The notes under the pieces are model-generated. The model made no database searches. It was not told the origin of the DNA and worked only from the letters and a program-made list of their open reading frames with translations. A stretch of DNA of 64,000 bases, taken from the IMG/VR virus record IMGVR_UViG_3300008267_000027, positions 1 to 64,000 of that record. One strand, given 5' to 3'. The first letter of the stretch is position 1. Each line of letters starts with the position of its first letter. This DNA comes from a virus. The position numbers were made by a program, and so were the translations under genes. Below are positions 27,401 to 36,544 of the stretch, one piece after another.

Positions 27401-29197
27401 GTGGTAGGTGGGTTAGCAATGGGTACTATTTCTTTAGCAGATTGGAAAAGTCAAGTGTTAGCTAATGACTATTTTCATTTAGACAGAAGAAAATCAGATT
27501 GTACAGGTAAAGTTGGATTCGGTGTTAGAGATGCATTCTTTTATGTATTTGCTAATGGTGTAAGAGATTTCTTTGTAGAAAGTGAAATTAACTTAGCACA
27601 GAGAGACTGGGATGAAGAAACAGCTAGACGTCACTATGATCAATATACCTATACAGATCTTAAATCATTATTTAGAAGTGATATTATAAAAGCAGGTAAC
27701 TACTATAAATATGATTATAGTTTGTCAGCTAATAGAATGTTTAACAACTTTATATCTTGGGGTAACTTGGTTCCTAGAGATTTTGATCCACTAGTCTCTG
27801 AAAAATGTTTTTCATACTATCCATCTAGAGCAATATACTCACTACCTACACAGGATGAATTAAAGAGAGATAATTGGAGATTCTTCTTAGCTAATAACTA
27901 TTATGATTTTGGTAGCACTGTTACCACAATAAAAGGAGTTAACCAGTCTGGTGCTTTAATTCTTTATGCTGATGCCTCTCCAAATCTATTTGCTGGTGTG
28001 GATCAACTACAAACTAATAATGGAATTAAAGTTACAATTGGTGATGGAGGTCTGTTTGGTACACCTATGCAAGCTACTAGTAATGCTGAACATCTTTATG
28101 AATATGGAGCTTGTCAATCAGTGTATGGAGTTATAAATACACCTGCTGGATTATTCTGGATAAGTCAGAATCAAGGTAAGGTGTTTCAGTATGGAGGTCA
28201 AGGAGCACTTAAAGAGATTTCTAGAAACGGTATGAAGTTTTGGTTTGCTAAGTATCTACCTTCACAACTACTACTTCAGTTCCCAGATTTTGAACTTAAA
28301 GATAATATTGCATCTGGTGTAGCTGCTTCATTGACATATGATAATGTAAATGACATTTTATATGTTTGTAAAAAAGACTACGTAGTTAGAGATGAGTATA
28401 AGGCAAATGTTGTATATGATGGTGGTAACAGATTTAGATATTTAAATCAACTTATATACTTAGGAGATAGTAGAATTTTTGAAGATGCAAGTTTTACAAT
28501 CAGTTATGATGTAAAAACAGAAGCATGGATAAGTTTCCATGACTGGCATCCTGATTTTGTAATCCCTTCTAAGAGACACTTCTTAACAGTTAAAGATAAA
28601 GGTATATATAGACATAATGATAGATGTGATTTATTCTGTAATTTCTATGGTGTAGATTATCCATTTGAAGTGGAGTTTGTATCTCAAACTGGTCAGACAG
28701 TAACTACAATGAAAAATGTAGAGTATCAGTTAGAGTGTTACAAATATGATAAGACATGTCAAGATAAAAACCATATACTAGACTATAATTTTGATAGGGC
28801 TGTTATACATAATACAGAGCAAAGTTCTGGTGATTTGAAGTTGGTCCTTAGACCTAAGAATGATCCAATGTCTATAATAGACTATCCTATTATTAAAGCT
28901 AATAATATTGACATTCTATATTCTAAAGAGGAGAATAAATATAGATTCAACCAGTTCTGGGATGCTACAAGAAACAGAGGTGAGTATAAAGAAAACTATA
29001 CACCTATGTGGCAAACAGCTGCAAATGGTTATGACAAAGTATTAAATGAAGCATATCACAATTATCAAAGATCATTAACCCAACATAAAAAAATAAGACA
29101 TTATTTAAATAAGATTTTGTTGAAGAGGATGAAGTGTGATGATGTTAAAATGTTATTTAGATTGTCTAATGCTAAAGTTACAAATTCATTTAGATAA
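24398..29197 (+). CDS. Muzzle / tail stabilisation protein
   Basis: 1599 aa; FNKGL..D...HARNA N-terminus, YWDDG.NP.R, YLRDEVYSF, WISFHDW; lies between ring and cargo genes. Confidence 0.7.
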   Translation: MADNTQNTNTNTTNSFNKGLIKDPADSFVGEGLWTHARNAVNNSTEGQLGLLGNEPATTLCKYVPYTIIGSIYLGGEDWIIFSTDNFNSEIGKFNEKDCTYSKLVNAPCLNFKTSNLIKAAVKSNFDCTSSVYWDDGINPTRVLNVDNIPYKEKPRKNTGTECYVAEYTTDLDCEALRLAPLLKTPCVNLSKGKTGGIMPNGSYQVVIAYSINGIKVTDYFLPSNIQSLFSHSDVSGSLEVEIESIDEDFDEFELVVISYVKENITARKVGNYSTRTKKIFIDKLDAAAVVVGVDRIPLRTPSYEKSDGLYDLNDYLIRVGIYTKPDFNYQPQANKIEAKWVAVEVPSNYYVKGGNEVSYLRDEVYSFFIRWVYNTGEKSASYHIPGRASQGRDTSNAGGTDAIETREGGGLVKKWQVSDTSKILNKSTSTLEGVGTIVAQGEMAYWESTERYPDNNPAIWGDLCGKPIRHHKMPDNSTTHIYNLENDAIVLLGVKFEGITHPLDNDDNPISSIVGYEILRGSREGNKTVIAKGLLSNMAEYDIDPDVSSRKGLYANYPFNDLSADPFLSKKPVKGGCEGKGYTSMGSFRNDLFSFHSPDTQFRDPFLNPYELKIHGEVFGTVEGSFSPVYRHPQHKLIKDFAVFCAAIIGVGVGILSIKGRTTTGTAKDPKRSLDTGLTMTIGGFANGQLVNTPLGGSLGEGTINTSQTTEQLVPTENRTLMAAQAAFTFTYFMGAGMDEALRTIRFMLPYQQYAYQYNAHGLYNNYITPTPGNIRRKVVDAQYINPYIQDFGPTERINNLFRSRFVALRIEDTLENPSTKDNSRVTIGMLSQWDNPTRPFSRTTSSHYSSLKIQLPSQYGQLDGIMQVPVSGCTYYTSGEKDIRYTSPVLFGGDTYINRYTEKNAFFFFNDWLMGQPDGFTYDYMQYVNVPYPRYWMDSSDYDSSRLIAPLAKIAVGVFGGAALGQLIGNIIQNAASSAAGTIGGTAGNIVGTATTIGGVVGGLAMGTISLADWKSQVLANDYFHLDRRKSDCTGKVGFGVRDAFFYVFANGVRDFFVESEINLAQRDWDEETARRHYDQYTYTDLKSLFRSDIIKAGNYYKYDYSLSANRMFNNFISWGNLVPRDFDPLVSEKCFSYYPSRAIYSLPTQDELKRDNWRFFLANNYYDFGSTVTTIKGVNQSGALILYADASPNLFAGVDQLQTNNGIKVTIGDGGLFGTPMQATSNAEHLYEYGACQSVYGVINTPAGLFWISQNQGKVFQYGGQGALKEISRNGMKFWFAKYLPSQLLLQFPDFELKDNIASGVAASLTYDNVNDILYVCKKDYVVRDEYKANVVYDGGNRFRYLNQLIYLGDSRIFEDASFTISYDVKTEAWISFHDWHPDFVIPSKRHFLTVKDKGIYRHNDRCDLFCNFYGVDYPFEVEFVSQTGQTVTTMKNVEYQLECYKYDKTCQDKNHILDYNFDRAVIHNTEQSSGDLKLVLRPKNDPMSIIDYPIIKANNIDILYSKEENKYRFNQFWDATRNRGEYKENYTPMWQTAANGYDKVLNEAYHNYQRSLTQHKKIRHYLNKILLKRMKCDDVKMLFRLSNAKVTNSFR

Positions 29198-32130
29198 TGA
29201 GAAAAGACTCACCCTTATTAGCTTTTTATTATGATAGACTTCCATCTAAGAAAGAAGGTGGTCCTGGAGATGGAATATTTGATTCTGTAGTAAGTAAGTT
29301 AAATCCATTTAATTGGGGAGTAACAGACTATAGTAAATCTGGTTCATTTAAAAATGCTTATTCAGCAGCATTAAAGAATAATGAAAAGGAGTTCATGTAT
29401 AATAATAAAAGGTATAATACTAATTATAAAGGTACAGAACAGCAACAATTATCAGCTACAGGTATTACAAACAATCAAAGAATGAATCAAAATGTTTTTA
29501 GGAAAGCTCTTAGAAACATTGATCAAGGAAGTGGTAGTGAGGATGTTGATGAAGGTTATAATGGATATCCTAATCCTTTTAATGCTCTAGGAGATTTGCT
29601 TGCTGGTAAAAAATATAATACTCAAGATGATCCAGAGCAAACAGATATGCTTAATATTTATGCAGGTGCCCCACAAAAAAATAACACATTAGGTGTTAGT
29701 AGGTATAAACCAACTAAGATAAAAGAAAATAATGCATCAACCTACTATAGAGTCAATCCATTAAATAATAAAATGCCTAATCAATTGACTCAAGAGCAAT
29801 TTGATTATGTATTAAAGAATAAAGCTTTTAGTGATTATCTTCCAAATTTTAACAGTTATGTAGATGAGCAAGGAAAACCGCATAACAACTATAGAGGTCT
29901 TGGTACTTTTACTATTGATGCTGGAAAAGATGACAGGGGTGATTATATTTCATATTATGACAAATGGGATTTAAATCCATTTAGTTCTGGAAAAAATGCA
30001 CCTGATTTATCATTAGGTGTAGGTAAACCTTATGAAATTTATGATAGAATATATTATAAAGACTATGGAAATGGGGTTAAAAAAAGAATGTATTATAATG
30101 ATAGTGAACTAAGTAATTTAGATTTCAAATCTAAAAATTTTGATACTAAAGCCTTACAGAGAGAGTTGGCAAACAGAGGATATAATCTATCTAAATCTTT
30201 TATTAAAGATGATGAGGATTATGATGGGATACTTGGTGAAGAAACCAAAAAAGCATATTTAGATTGGAAGTCTAAATATCAAACTCCTAAAAAAGAATAT
30301 GGAGGTATTACAAAATACGGACCTGGTGGTATGACTAAAGATCCTAATAAACCTTATTCTAAATCTAATCCAGAGGGATATGTTAGTTTAAAAAATAATC
30401 GAGACTGGTTTGATAGTCATGCTAATTGGACTAACACTGGAAATCCTGAGTGGGATGCTAAAGTTAGACAACAGATACTAACAGGTAGATTTGGACTTGA
30501 TCCTAAATCAGGTGCATTAATAAAGCTTGATAAAAATGAATGGGTTAATGTTCCATCAGAATATAAAAGAGAAGCTACAGATACTAGACAATGGACACCT
30601 GAACAAAAACAACAATCTTGGGAAAAGAAAGTTAAACCTCAAATAGTACAAAGTACTAAAGACTTAATTACTAATCCAGTGATGATGGCACCTGGTGCTA
30701 TACTTACAGGAGGTATGGCTGCAGGTATTCCTGCTATATCTAGAACAGCAGCAGCTGTTGTGCCTGCTTTAGAAACATCAATAGGAGGTATACCAGGACT
30801 TACAGCAGGTAATCTTATTAATGCAGGGTTTGCATATCAAGGTGCTAAAAATTTACCTAATGTAGCAAGTGCATGGAAAGATGTAGCTAATAAACCTACG
30901 TGGGGTGGTGTAGGAAATGCTTTAGGTCAAACAGCACTTACAGCAATAGATATCTTACCTTTTGCTAGTACAGCTGCTAAAGGTATCCCTAGCGTAATGC
31001 AAGATGTCAATCAAGCCGGTAATTATTTAACAACACAAACTCCTTTAAAGAGTACATATAAATTAAATCCTTGGGCATTTAAACCTCAAGAAGGAATGAT
31101 GTATAGAGGTCTTGGACAAGAAGGAATGGAAGATGCTATTCAATCTGGTGTATTTAGACCTAAGCAACATGGTTATGCAGAAGGTAGATCTTTAGCAGAA
31201 AAGGTCACTACACCTAAACAGTTTGGTAGTACATTTTATGCTCCTGCTGAAAGATTTGGAGTGGTTGAAAATTATGGACCTAGTTACTTAGCAGAAGTTC
31301 CTTTTGAAGGTAATGAGTTTGCCAGAAGATATGGAAGAAAAGATTGGAGTTGGAGTACACCTAGACAAATACCTATTGAGGAAGGAAGAATACTACAAAA
31401 AAATTGGCTAAGAGGATATAAAGAAGTTCCTAAACCTACATCTTTAAGTTCTACTGTAGAAACACCTAGTAACTTAAGTACTATTAATTTAGAAAGGGGA
31501 AGTCCTAAATCTAAATCAAAAATGTATAAAGCTAGTGAAGTAGTTGATGACCCTCACTTTAACATTAAAAAAATATTTAGAGGGGATAAAGAAGTTCCAA
31601 AAGAGATTAAGATTGTCGGAAAATCTGGAGATTGGACAGTTAATAAATCTAAAGATGGAACCTATTATTTTAATGCTTCAATGTCTAATCCTTTAGAGTC
31701 AGGAAAAGCAATGTTAAAAATAAATGAGTTATTACCATCTAAATCTACGATATTAGAACCAAACAGTTTAAGTTTAGATTCATATAAAAATGTTTTAAAA
31801 CTAGGGAAAAGACCAGGTTGGAAAATGGAATTTGAAAATTATATACCCTTAAATCATAGTGCAATACATGATAAAAGTTTAGCTGATAAATTTGGGTTTA
31901 CTCCTGATGCATACACTGTTCCTTTTGAATCATTAGAAGATGCTAATAAAGCTTTAAAAGAAGTAAACGCAATGTTAAAAAAACAAGGAATTAATTATGA
32001 GGCTGATGTCTTTTCTAATGGTATTGGATTATATGGTATAAAAATACCAAATTTTAAATTAACTAGAGGCTATAAAAAGGGTGGTAAAGTAAATCCTTTA
32101 CAGCAATTCTATATGAGTAAAATTAGGTAG
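29197..32130 (+). CDS. Putative ejected cargo protein with peptidoglycan-binding-like domain
   Basis: 977 aa; KALQRELANRGY...DGILGEETKKA (PG_binding_1-like); hydrophobic Ala/Gly region; YRG-containing module; xxGG motifs. Confidence 0.6.
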   Translation: MRKDSPLLAFYYDRLPSKKEGGPGDGIFDSVVSKLNPFNWGVTDYSKSGSFKNAYSAALKNNEKEFMYNNKRYNTNYKGTEQQQLSATGITNNQRMNQNVFRKALRNIDQGSGSEDVDEGYNGYPNPFNALGDLLAGKKYNTQDDPEQTDMLNIYAGAPQKNNTLGVSRYKPTKIKENNASTYYRVNPLNNKMPNQLTQEQFDYVLKNKAFSDYLPNFNSYVDEQGKPHNNYRGLGTFTIDAGKDDRGDYISYYDKWDLNPFSSGKNAPDLSLGVGKPYEIYDRIYYKDYGNGVKKRMYYNDSELSNLDFKSKNFDTKALQRELANRGYNLSKSFIKDDEDYDGILGEETKKAYLDWKSKYQTPKKEYGGITKYGPGGMTKDPNKPYSKSNPEGYVSLKNNRDWFDSHANWTNTGNPEWDAKVRQQILTGRFGLDPKSGALIKLDKNEWVNVPSEYKREATDTRQWTPEQKQQSWEKKVKPQIVQSTKDLITNPVMMAPGAILTGGMAAGIPAISRTAAAVVPALETSIGGIPGLTAGNLINAGFAYQGAKNLPNVASAWKDVANKPTWGGVGNALGQTALTAIDILPFASTAAKGIPSVMQDVNQAGNYLTTQTPLKSTYKLNPWAFKPQEGMMYRGLGQEGMEDAIQSGVFRPKQHGYAEGRSLAEKVTTPKQFGSTFYAPAERFGVVENYGPSYLAEVPFEGNEFARRYGRKDWSWSTPRQIPIEEGRILQKNWLRGYKEVPKPTSLSSTVETPSNLSTINLERGSPKSKSKMYKASEVVDDPHFNIKKIFRGDKEVPKEIKIVGKSGDWTVNKSKDGTYYFNASMSNPLESGKAMLKINELLPSKSTILEPNSLSLDSYKNVLKLGKRPGWKMEFENYIPLNHSAIHDKSLADKFGFTPDAYTVPFESLEDANKALKEVNAMLKKQGINYEADVFSNGIGLYGIKIPNFKLTRGYKKGGKVNPLQQFYMSKIR

Positions 32131-32153
32131 TCTGCTAAAAATTCAGTAAATTT
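32124..32153 (+). promoter_or_regulatory. Putative promoter TAGG-N19-TAAATTT
   Basis: Same 19-nt spacing as the other intergenic copies. Confidence 0.5.
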
Positions 32154-32176
32154 AAATATAAGGTAAATAATAAATT

Positions 32177-34567
32177 ATGTATAGTTTTTTTGATTATCAA
32201 CCACAAATGGCTTATGGAGGATCTCCTCAAGGTCAAGATCAACAACAGCAGATTATGCAGGTTGTACAGGCATATGCTCAAGCTACAGGTACACCTGTTG
32301 AGCAGATTGTAGCTCAGTTACAGAAGATGCCTCCTAAACAACAACAAGTCACTCTTCAAAAGATGGTTGCATCTTTACAAGGTGCTGATAATCAATCTGA
32401 TATGCAACAACCACAACAGATGGGATATGCTGCTGAAGGTATTGAAGTTGAAGATGGTCCAGGTGATGGTGTATTTAGTACTCTTGCAAATGCAGCAGGT
32501 TCTGCTTGGAATAAAGCAAAGCAAGTTGCAGGTAATACATACAGAGGTTTTGCAAGTGGCGATTTTCCAACTATTGCAGGTACAGTGTTAGGTGGTCCAT
32601 TTGGAGCTATTGTTGGTTCTAATTTACCTAGTAATGTAAAAGGACTTACCAGAATGGCAGCTGCAAGTATGGGTTATCCTAATAATAATCCTTTTTTGCA
32701 AAAGTCTGACTTTACAAAAGCAGAATTAAAAGCAATGAGGGATGCTGCAATGCGTGCTAAAAAAAGAACAGGAGCATCTCATGGAGGTACAAGATATTCT
32801 GATTATGGAAAAGGTTATGGTAACCCATGGGGTGATAAAATGCGTTTGCTAACTGACCCAAAGAGAACAGCTCAAACATCTATTGGTAGGTTTACTTATG
32901 ATGTAAATGGTAATGATGTGAATCTATCAGATCAATATAATTTTTATGGTAAAGACCAAGGATCACTTCCTGCTAGATTTATTAACTCTTTAGATAAATT
33001 ACTTCCAGCAAATGACCCACGTAGAAATATAAATTTTAATATTACTTCTGAAGATGTTAAAAAAAATGGAGGTTTATATAAAGCTTATGAAGGTGTATCT
33101 GTTGTAGATTATTTAGCAGGTAGAGGTCAAGATTTTTCTAAAGAAGCTAGAAAAAAACTAGCAGCTGAAAAAGGTATTAAAGATTATGACTTTTCAACAG
33201 ATAAAAATTTAGAGTTGCTGCGTTTGCTACAGAGTGAAGAGTCTGGTACTCCAGCAGCACCTGTTAGAAAGATTACTAAAACAGGAAAAGCTCCAGAAGT
33301 TAGTCCAGCTAGTGGGAAGTTTGGAAGTTATAATCCAGCAAATAATAAAATACAATACTCTCCAGATGGAAATAGAGCAGTAGTAAGTGAGTCTAAAAAA
33401 CCAACTGTTACATCTACAATGACAGAAGGTCAAAGAACTGCTGCTATGGTTAAGGCTGGAGATATGTATACACCATCATGGAAAAAAACACCAGCAAAAT
33501 TACCTAGTAAAACAGCTGCTAAAAAAGAAGCTGTTGAAAAATCTAAGAATATATATACCACTCCTTATGGAGCAAACTATGTAGATTTACAACAAGCTTT
33601 TGGATTAGATCCTTTTAGTAAAGAAGGAATACTTAAAGCTCAAGAACTTACTAGAAGTAATCCTAAAACAAGGATAGTATGTACAGCTGCAGGATGTTCA
33701 GAAATAGCAGTTGATGCAGCAGAAGCTTTCGGGTATGATTTTAATAGAGGTAATGCATGGGACTTAGCTAATCAAAATAAAGTGTTAGCTCAAAATCCTA
33801 TTTATGCAAGTCAAATAGGTAAGGGTATACTACCTGATCCTAGATCATACACTTCTCCAGCATCTGTATATCAAAGACCTGGTTCTATTATAGGACTTAA
33901 TCGTATAAATAATAGAGCTGCTGGTGATAGAAATGATTCTTATGACTATGCTGATCAAACTGTATATCCAGGTTCTAGAGGATATGAACACGTAGGATAT
34001 ATGATAGATCAGAATACAATGCTTCATGGTACAGGAGCAGGTAAAGATCATCCTGCATATTATGTGATTGACCCTAGTGTAGCTAATGGTGTACAACTAC
34101 CAGGATATGGTAGTTACCAACCTGTTGAAGCTATCGCACCTAGTACAAAAAAAGGTTTTTGGTCATCTGCTAAAAATTTATTTGGTTTTCAAAATGGTGG
34201 TTACTATACTAACAAAGAAGGTAAGAAAGTTAAAGCTAAAGGTACAGGTACAAACCAAGGTAATGTTTACTTTAAACAAGGTGGTATGCCTTGCTATGAG
34301 TGTGGTGGTGCTTATGCATATGGAGGTGACATCATCCCTAACTATATGAAAGAAACATCTCCGATGTATAACTTTGGAGGATACTTTCCACAAGGTCCTA
34401 GATTTAATGATGGTGGACAGACTATGGATAATACTATGATGGGTATGATTAATGTATTCCAACATGGTGGTCAACATGGTGGAATAGTGGTTGGAGAAAC
34501 ATATGATGCTACACCAGAGCTGCTACAAAAATTATCAGAGGGTGGTTACACTTATGAACTTGTATAA
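32177..34567 (+). CDS. Putative cargo protein with DUF3597-like and NlpC/P60-CHAP-like domains
   Basis: Gln-rich N-terminus; SVVDYL..GQDFS..ARKKLA...NLELL; GCSE...GNAWD...EHVG (Cys-His); many xxGG motifs. Confidence 0.6.
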   Translation: MYSFFDYQPQMAYGGSPQGQDQQQQIMQVVQAYAQATGTPVEQIVAQLQKMPPKQQQVTLQKMVASLQGADNQSDMQQPQQMGYAAEGIEVEDGPGDGVFSTLANAAGSAWNKAKQVAGNTYRGFASGDFPTIAGTVLGGPFGAIVGSNLPSNVKGLTRMAAASMGYPNNNPFLQKSDFTKAELKAMRDAAMRAKKRTGASHGGTRYSDYGKGYGNPWGDKMRLLTDPKRTAQTSIGRFTYDVNGNDVNLSDQYNFYGKDQGSLPARFINSLDKLLPANDPRRNINFNITSEDVKKNGGLYKAYEGVSVVDYLAGRGQDFSKEARKKLAAEKGIKDYDFSTDKNLELLRLLQSEESGTPAAPVRKITKTGKAPEVSPASGKFGSYNPANNKIQYSPDGNRAVVSESKKPTVTSTMTEGQRTAAMVKAGDMYTPSWKKTPAKLPSKTAAKKEAVEKSKNIYTTPYGANYVDLQQAFGLDPFSKEGILKAQELTRSNPKTRIVCTAAGCSEIAVDAAEAFGYDFNRGNAWDLANQNKVLAQNPIYASQIGKGILPDPRSYTSPASVYQRPGSIIGLNRINNRAAGDRNDSYDYADQTVYPGSRGYEHVGYMIDQNTMLHGTGAGKDHPAYYVIDPSVANGVQLPGYGSYQPVEAIAPSTKKGFWSSAKNLFGFQNGGYYTNKEGKKVKAKGTGTNQGNVYFKQGGMPCYECGGAYAYGGDIIPNYMKETSPMYNFGGYFPQGPRFNDGGQTMDNTMMGMINVFQHGGQHGGIVVGETYDATPELLQKLSEGGYTYELV

Positions 34568-34569
34568 AT

Positions 34570-36534
34570 ATGAAAATTAAAGTAACAGGTAGAAAGCAGT
34601 TTAGTTATAAGAATTCTATACCTAAAGCTATAGATGGACTTTTTGTAACTGATACAACAACTATCAATCCTACAGATATATCTAAAGAACCAACCACTCC
34701 AGGTAACTTTTATGTATATGGTCCTAATGGTGAAATCTTTGGTGAAAAAGATTCAAGTGGTAATATTGTAAAAAATTATTATCCTCAAGGTTATCCTGGA
34801 TACTGGGATGCTGAATCTCAACCAGCACAATCTTCTTTTTCTTCTGGTTTTGTAGGTATGCCTGAAACATCAGGGTCTTTAAGTTTTCCATCATTTAAAC
34901 AATCTATTGCTCAAAGTGCTCCAGGTAAATGTCCAGATGGACAAAAGAAAAATCCTTTGACAGGGATGTGTGAACCAGCTCCTAATTTTGGAGGTAGTAA
35001 TTTTCCTCAGATTAAAAGTAATTTAGGTCAAGGTTTTGTAAGAAATCCTGAAACAAATTTGTATGGAAAACCTGCTGATACATTTCCAAAAACAACTAAA
35101 ACTACAACATCTCCTGTAAAAAAACCTACTAATAAAAAAGAATATAATCCTCTTATAGGAATATCTAGAGCATCTATGGTAGTTGGTGGAATGGGTTTGG
35201 TTAATAACCTTATCCGAGAATCACAAGAACAGAGAGATTATAAAGATTACATGCGTAGATTAGGATCTACAGATGCTTCTAATCCTGTTGTAAAGAACGC
35301 TTATAGTAGAGGTAGAAATGTAATGAACACTCCAGCTGGTGCAGACTATGCTCCTAACATGATGACTCCTGTACAGTTTGCAGGAAGACCTGTATCAGAA
35401 TTTGCAGGGTATCCTGTATTTCCATATAACCAATATGGTAAAGATGGTTTATTAGTTGCAGCAGAAGGTGTAAATTTTGCAGAAGATGTTTTAGGTTTAC
35501 CATCTATGGTAGAAAATCCAGACATGTATAGAGAGGTTAATATACCAGAACTCAGTGCTCCTGAACTAGCACCTCCCTCAACTCCAAGTCAACAGCAAGC
35601 TGAATCTCCTGAATTAATATCTGAAGCACCTAGTGAAGTAGCTGCTGCTCCAGAATCAGGATATATGATGCCTGTTAAAAACTTTAAACTAACTAGTGGA
35701 TTTGGTTCTAGAAAAGCTCCAATCAAGGGTGCATCAAGTGATCATAATGGTGTTGATTTAGCAGTACCTTTTAACAGTGATGTATTTGCTCCAATGGATG
35801 GGGTAGTTCAAAAAATATACTTTAATGATAAAGGAGGCAAACAATTAATAATTAAACATTCTGATGGTACTACATCAGGATTTGCCCACTTAAATGATTA
35901 TAAAGTTAATATAGGCGACAGAGTTACTAAAGGTCAGATTGTAGCATTATCTGGTAACACAGGTAATTCAAGTGGACCACATTTACATTTTACATTTAGA
36001 AATGCAGATGGTAATATTGTAAACCCATTAGATTATTTTAATATTGATGGAGGAAATGCACAACATAAAGGGTTATCTAATTATGATCACAATAACCCAG
36101 GTAATATACATATAGGAGATTTTGCTAAAGGGTACGGTGGTACAAAAGGAAGAAAAGATGGTGATGGATATGTTGCTGTTTTTCCAAATCCTCAAGCTGG
36201 TATGAAAGCTATGGAGGATTTAATCTTTAGTCCTAGTTATGCTAACTTAACCATATCTCAAGCTAGAAATAAATGGGTTAATGGTAAACCTACAGTTTCT
36301 AGTTCTAGCACTCCTTATATTGTAAGTGCTTTAGGTGGTGATTATAGAGTTGCTGATTTAAGTCCAGCACAAAGAAAAAAACTTATTTCAGAATTTGTAA
36401 AGTGGGAAGATCGAAAAGTGTATAATAGATATAAAGAACAAGGATTAGTCTTTAAAGAAGGTGGTGAATATGAGTTGGATGATGATGAAATAAATTATAT
36501 ATTAGCAAACGGAGGTACTGTAGAGTATCTTTAA
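34570..36534 (+). CDS. Cargo protein with M23 peptidase and NNPGNI lysozyme-like domain
   Basis: HNGVD (35743), AHL, GPHLHF (35980); NNPGNI (36091)...AVFPNPQAGMKAM. Confidence 0.85.
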   Translation: MKIKVTGRKQFSYKNSIPKAIDGLFVTDTTTINPTDISKEPTTPGNFYVYGPNGEIFGEKDSSGNIVKNYYPQGYPGYWDAESQPAQSSFSSGFVGMPETSGSLSFPSFKQSIAQSAPGKCPDGQKKNPLTGMCEPAPNFGGSNFPQIKSNLGQGFVRNPETNLYGKPADTFPKTTKTTTSPVKKPTNKKEYNPLIGISRASMVVGGMGLVNNLIRESQEQRDYKDYMRRLGSTDASNPVVKNAYSRGRNVMNTPAGADYAPNMMTPVQFAGRPVSEFAGYPVFPYNQYGKDGLLVAAEGVNFAEDVLGLPSMVENPDMYREVNIPELSAPELAPPSTPSQQQAESPELISEAPSEVAAAPESGYMMPVKNFKLTSGFGSRKAPIKGASSDHNGVDLAVPFNSDVFAPMDGVVQKIYFNDKGGKQLIIKHSDGTTSGFAHLNDYKVNIGDRVTKGQIVALSGNTGNSSGPHLHFTFRNADGNIVNPLDYFNIDGGNAQHKGLSNYDHNNPGNIHIGDFAKGYGGTKGRKDGDGYVAVFPNPQAGMKAMEDLIFSPSYANLTISQARNKWVNGKPTVSSSSTPYIVSALGGDYRVADLSPAQRKKLISEFVKWEDRKVYNRYKEQGLVFKEGGEYELDDDEINYILANGGTVEYL

Positions 36535-36544
36535 ATAGTAACAT

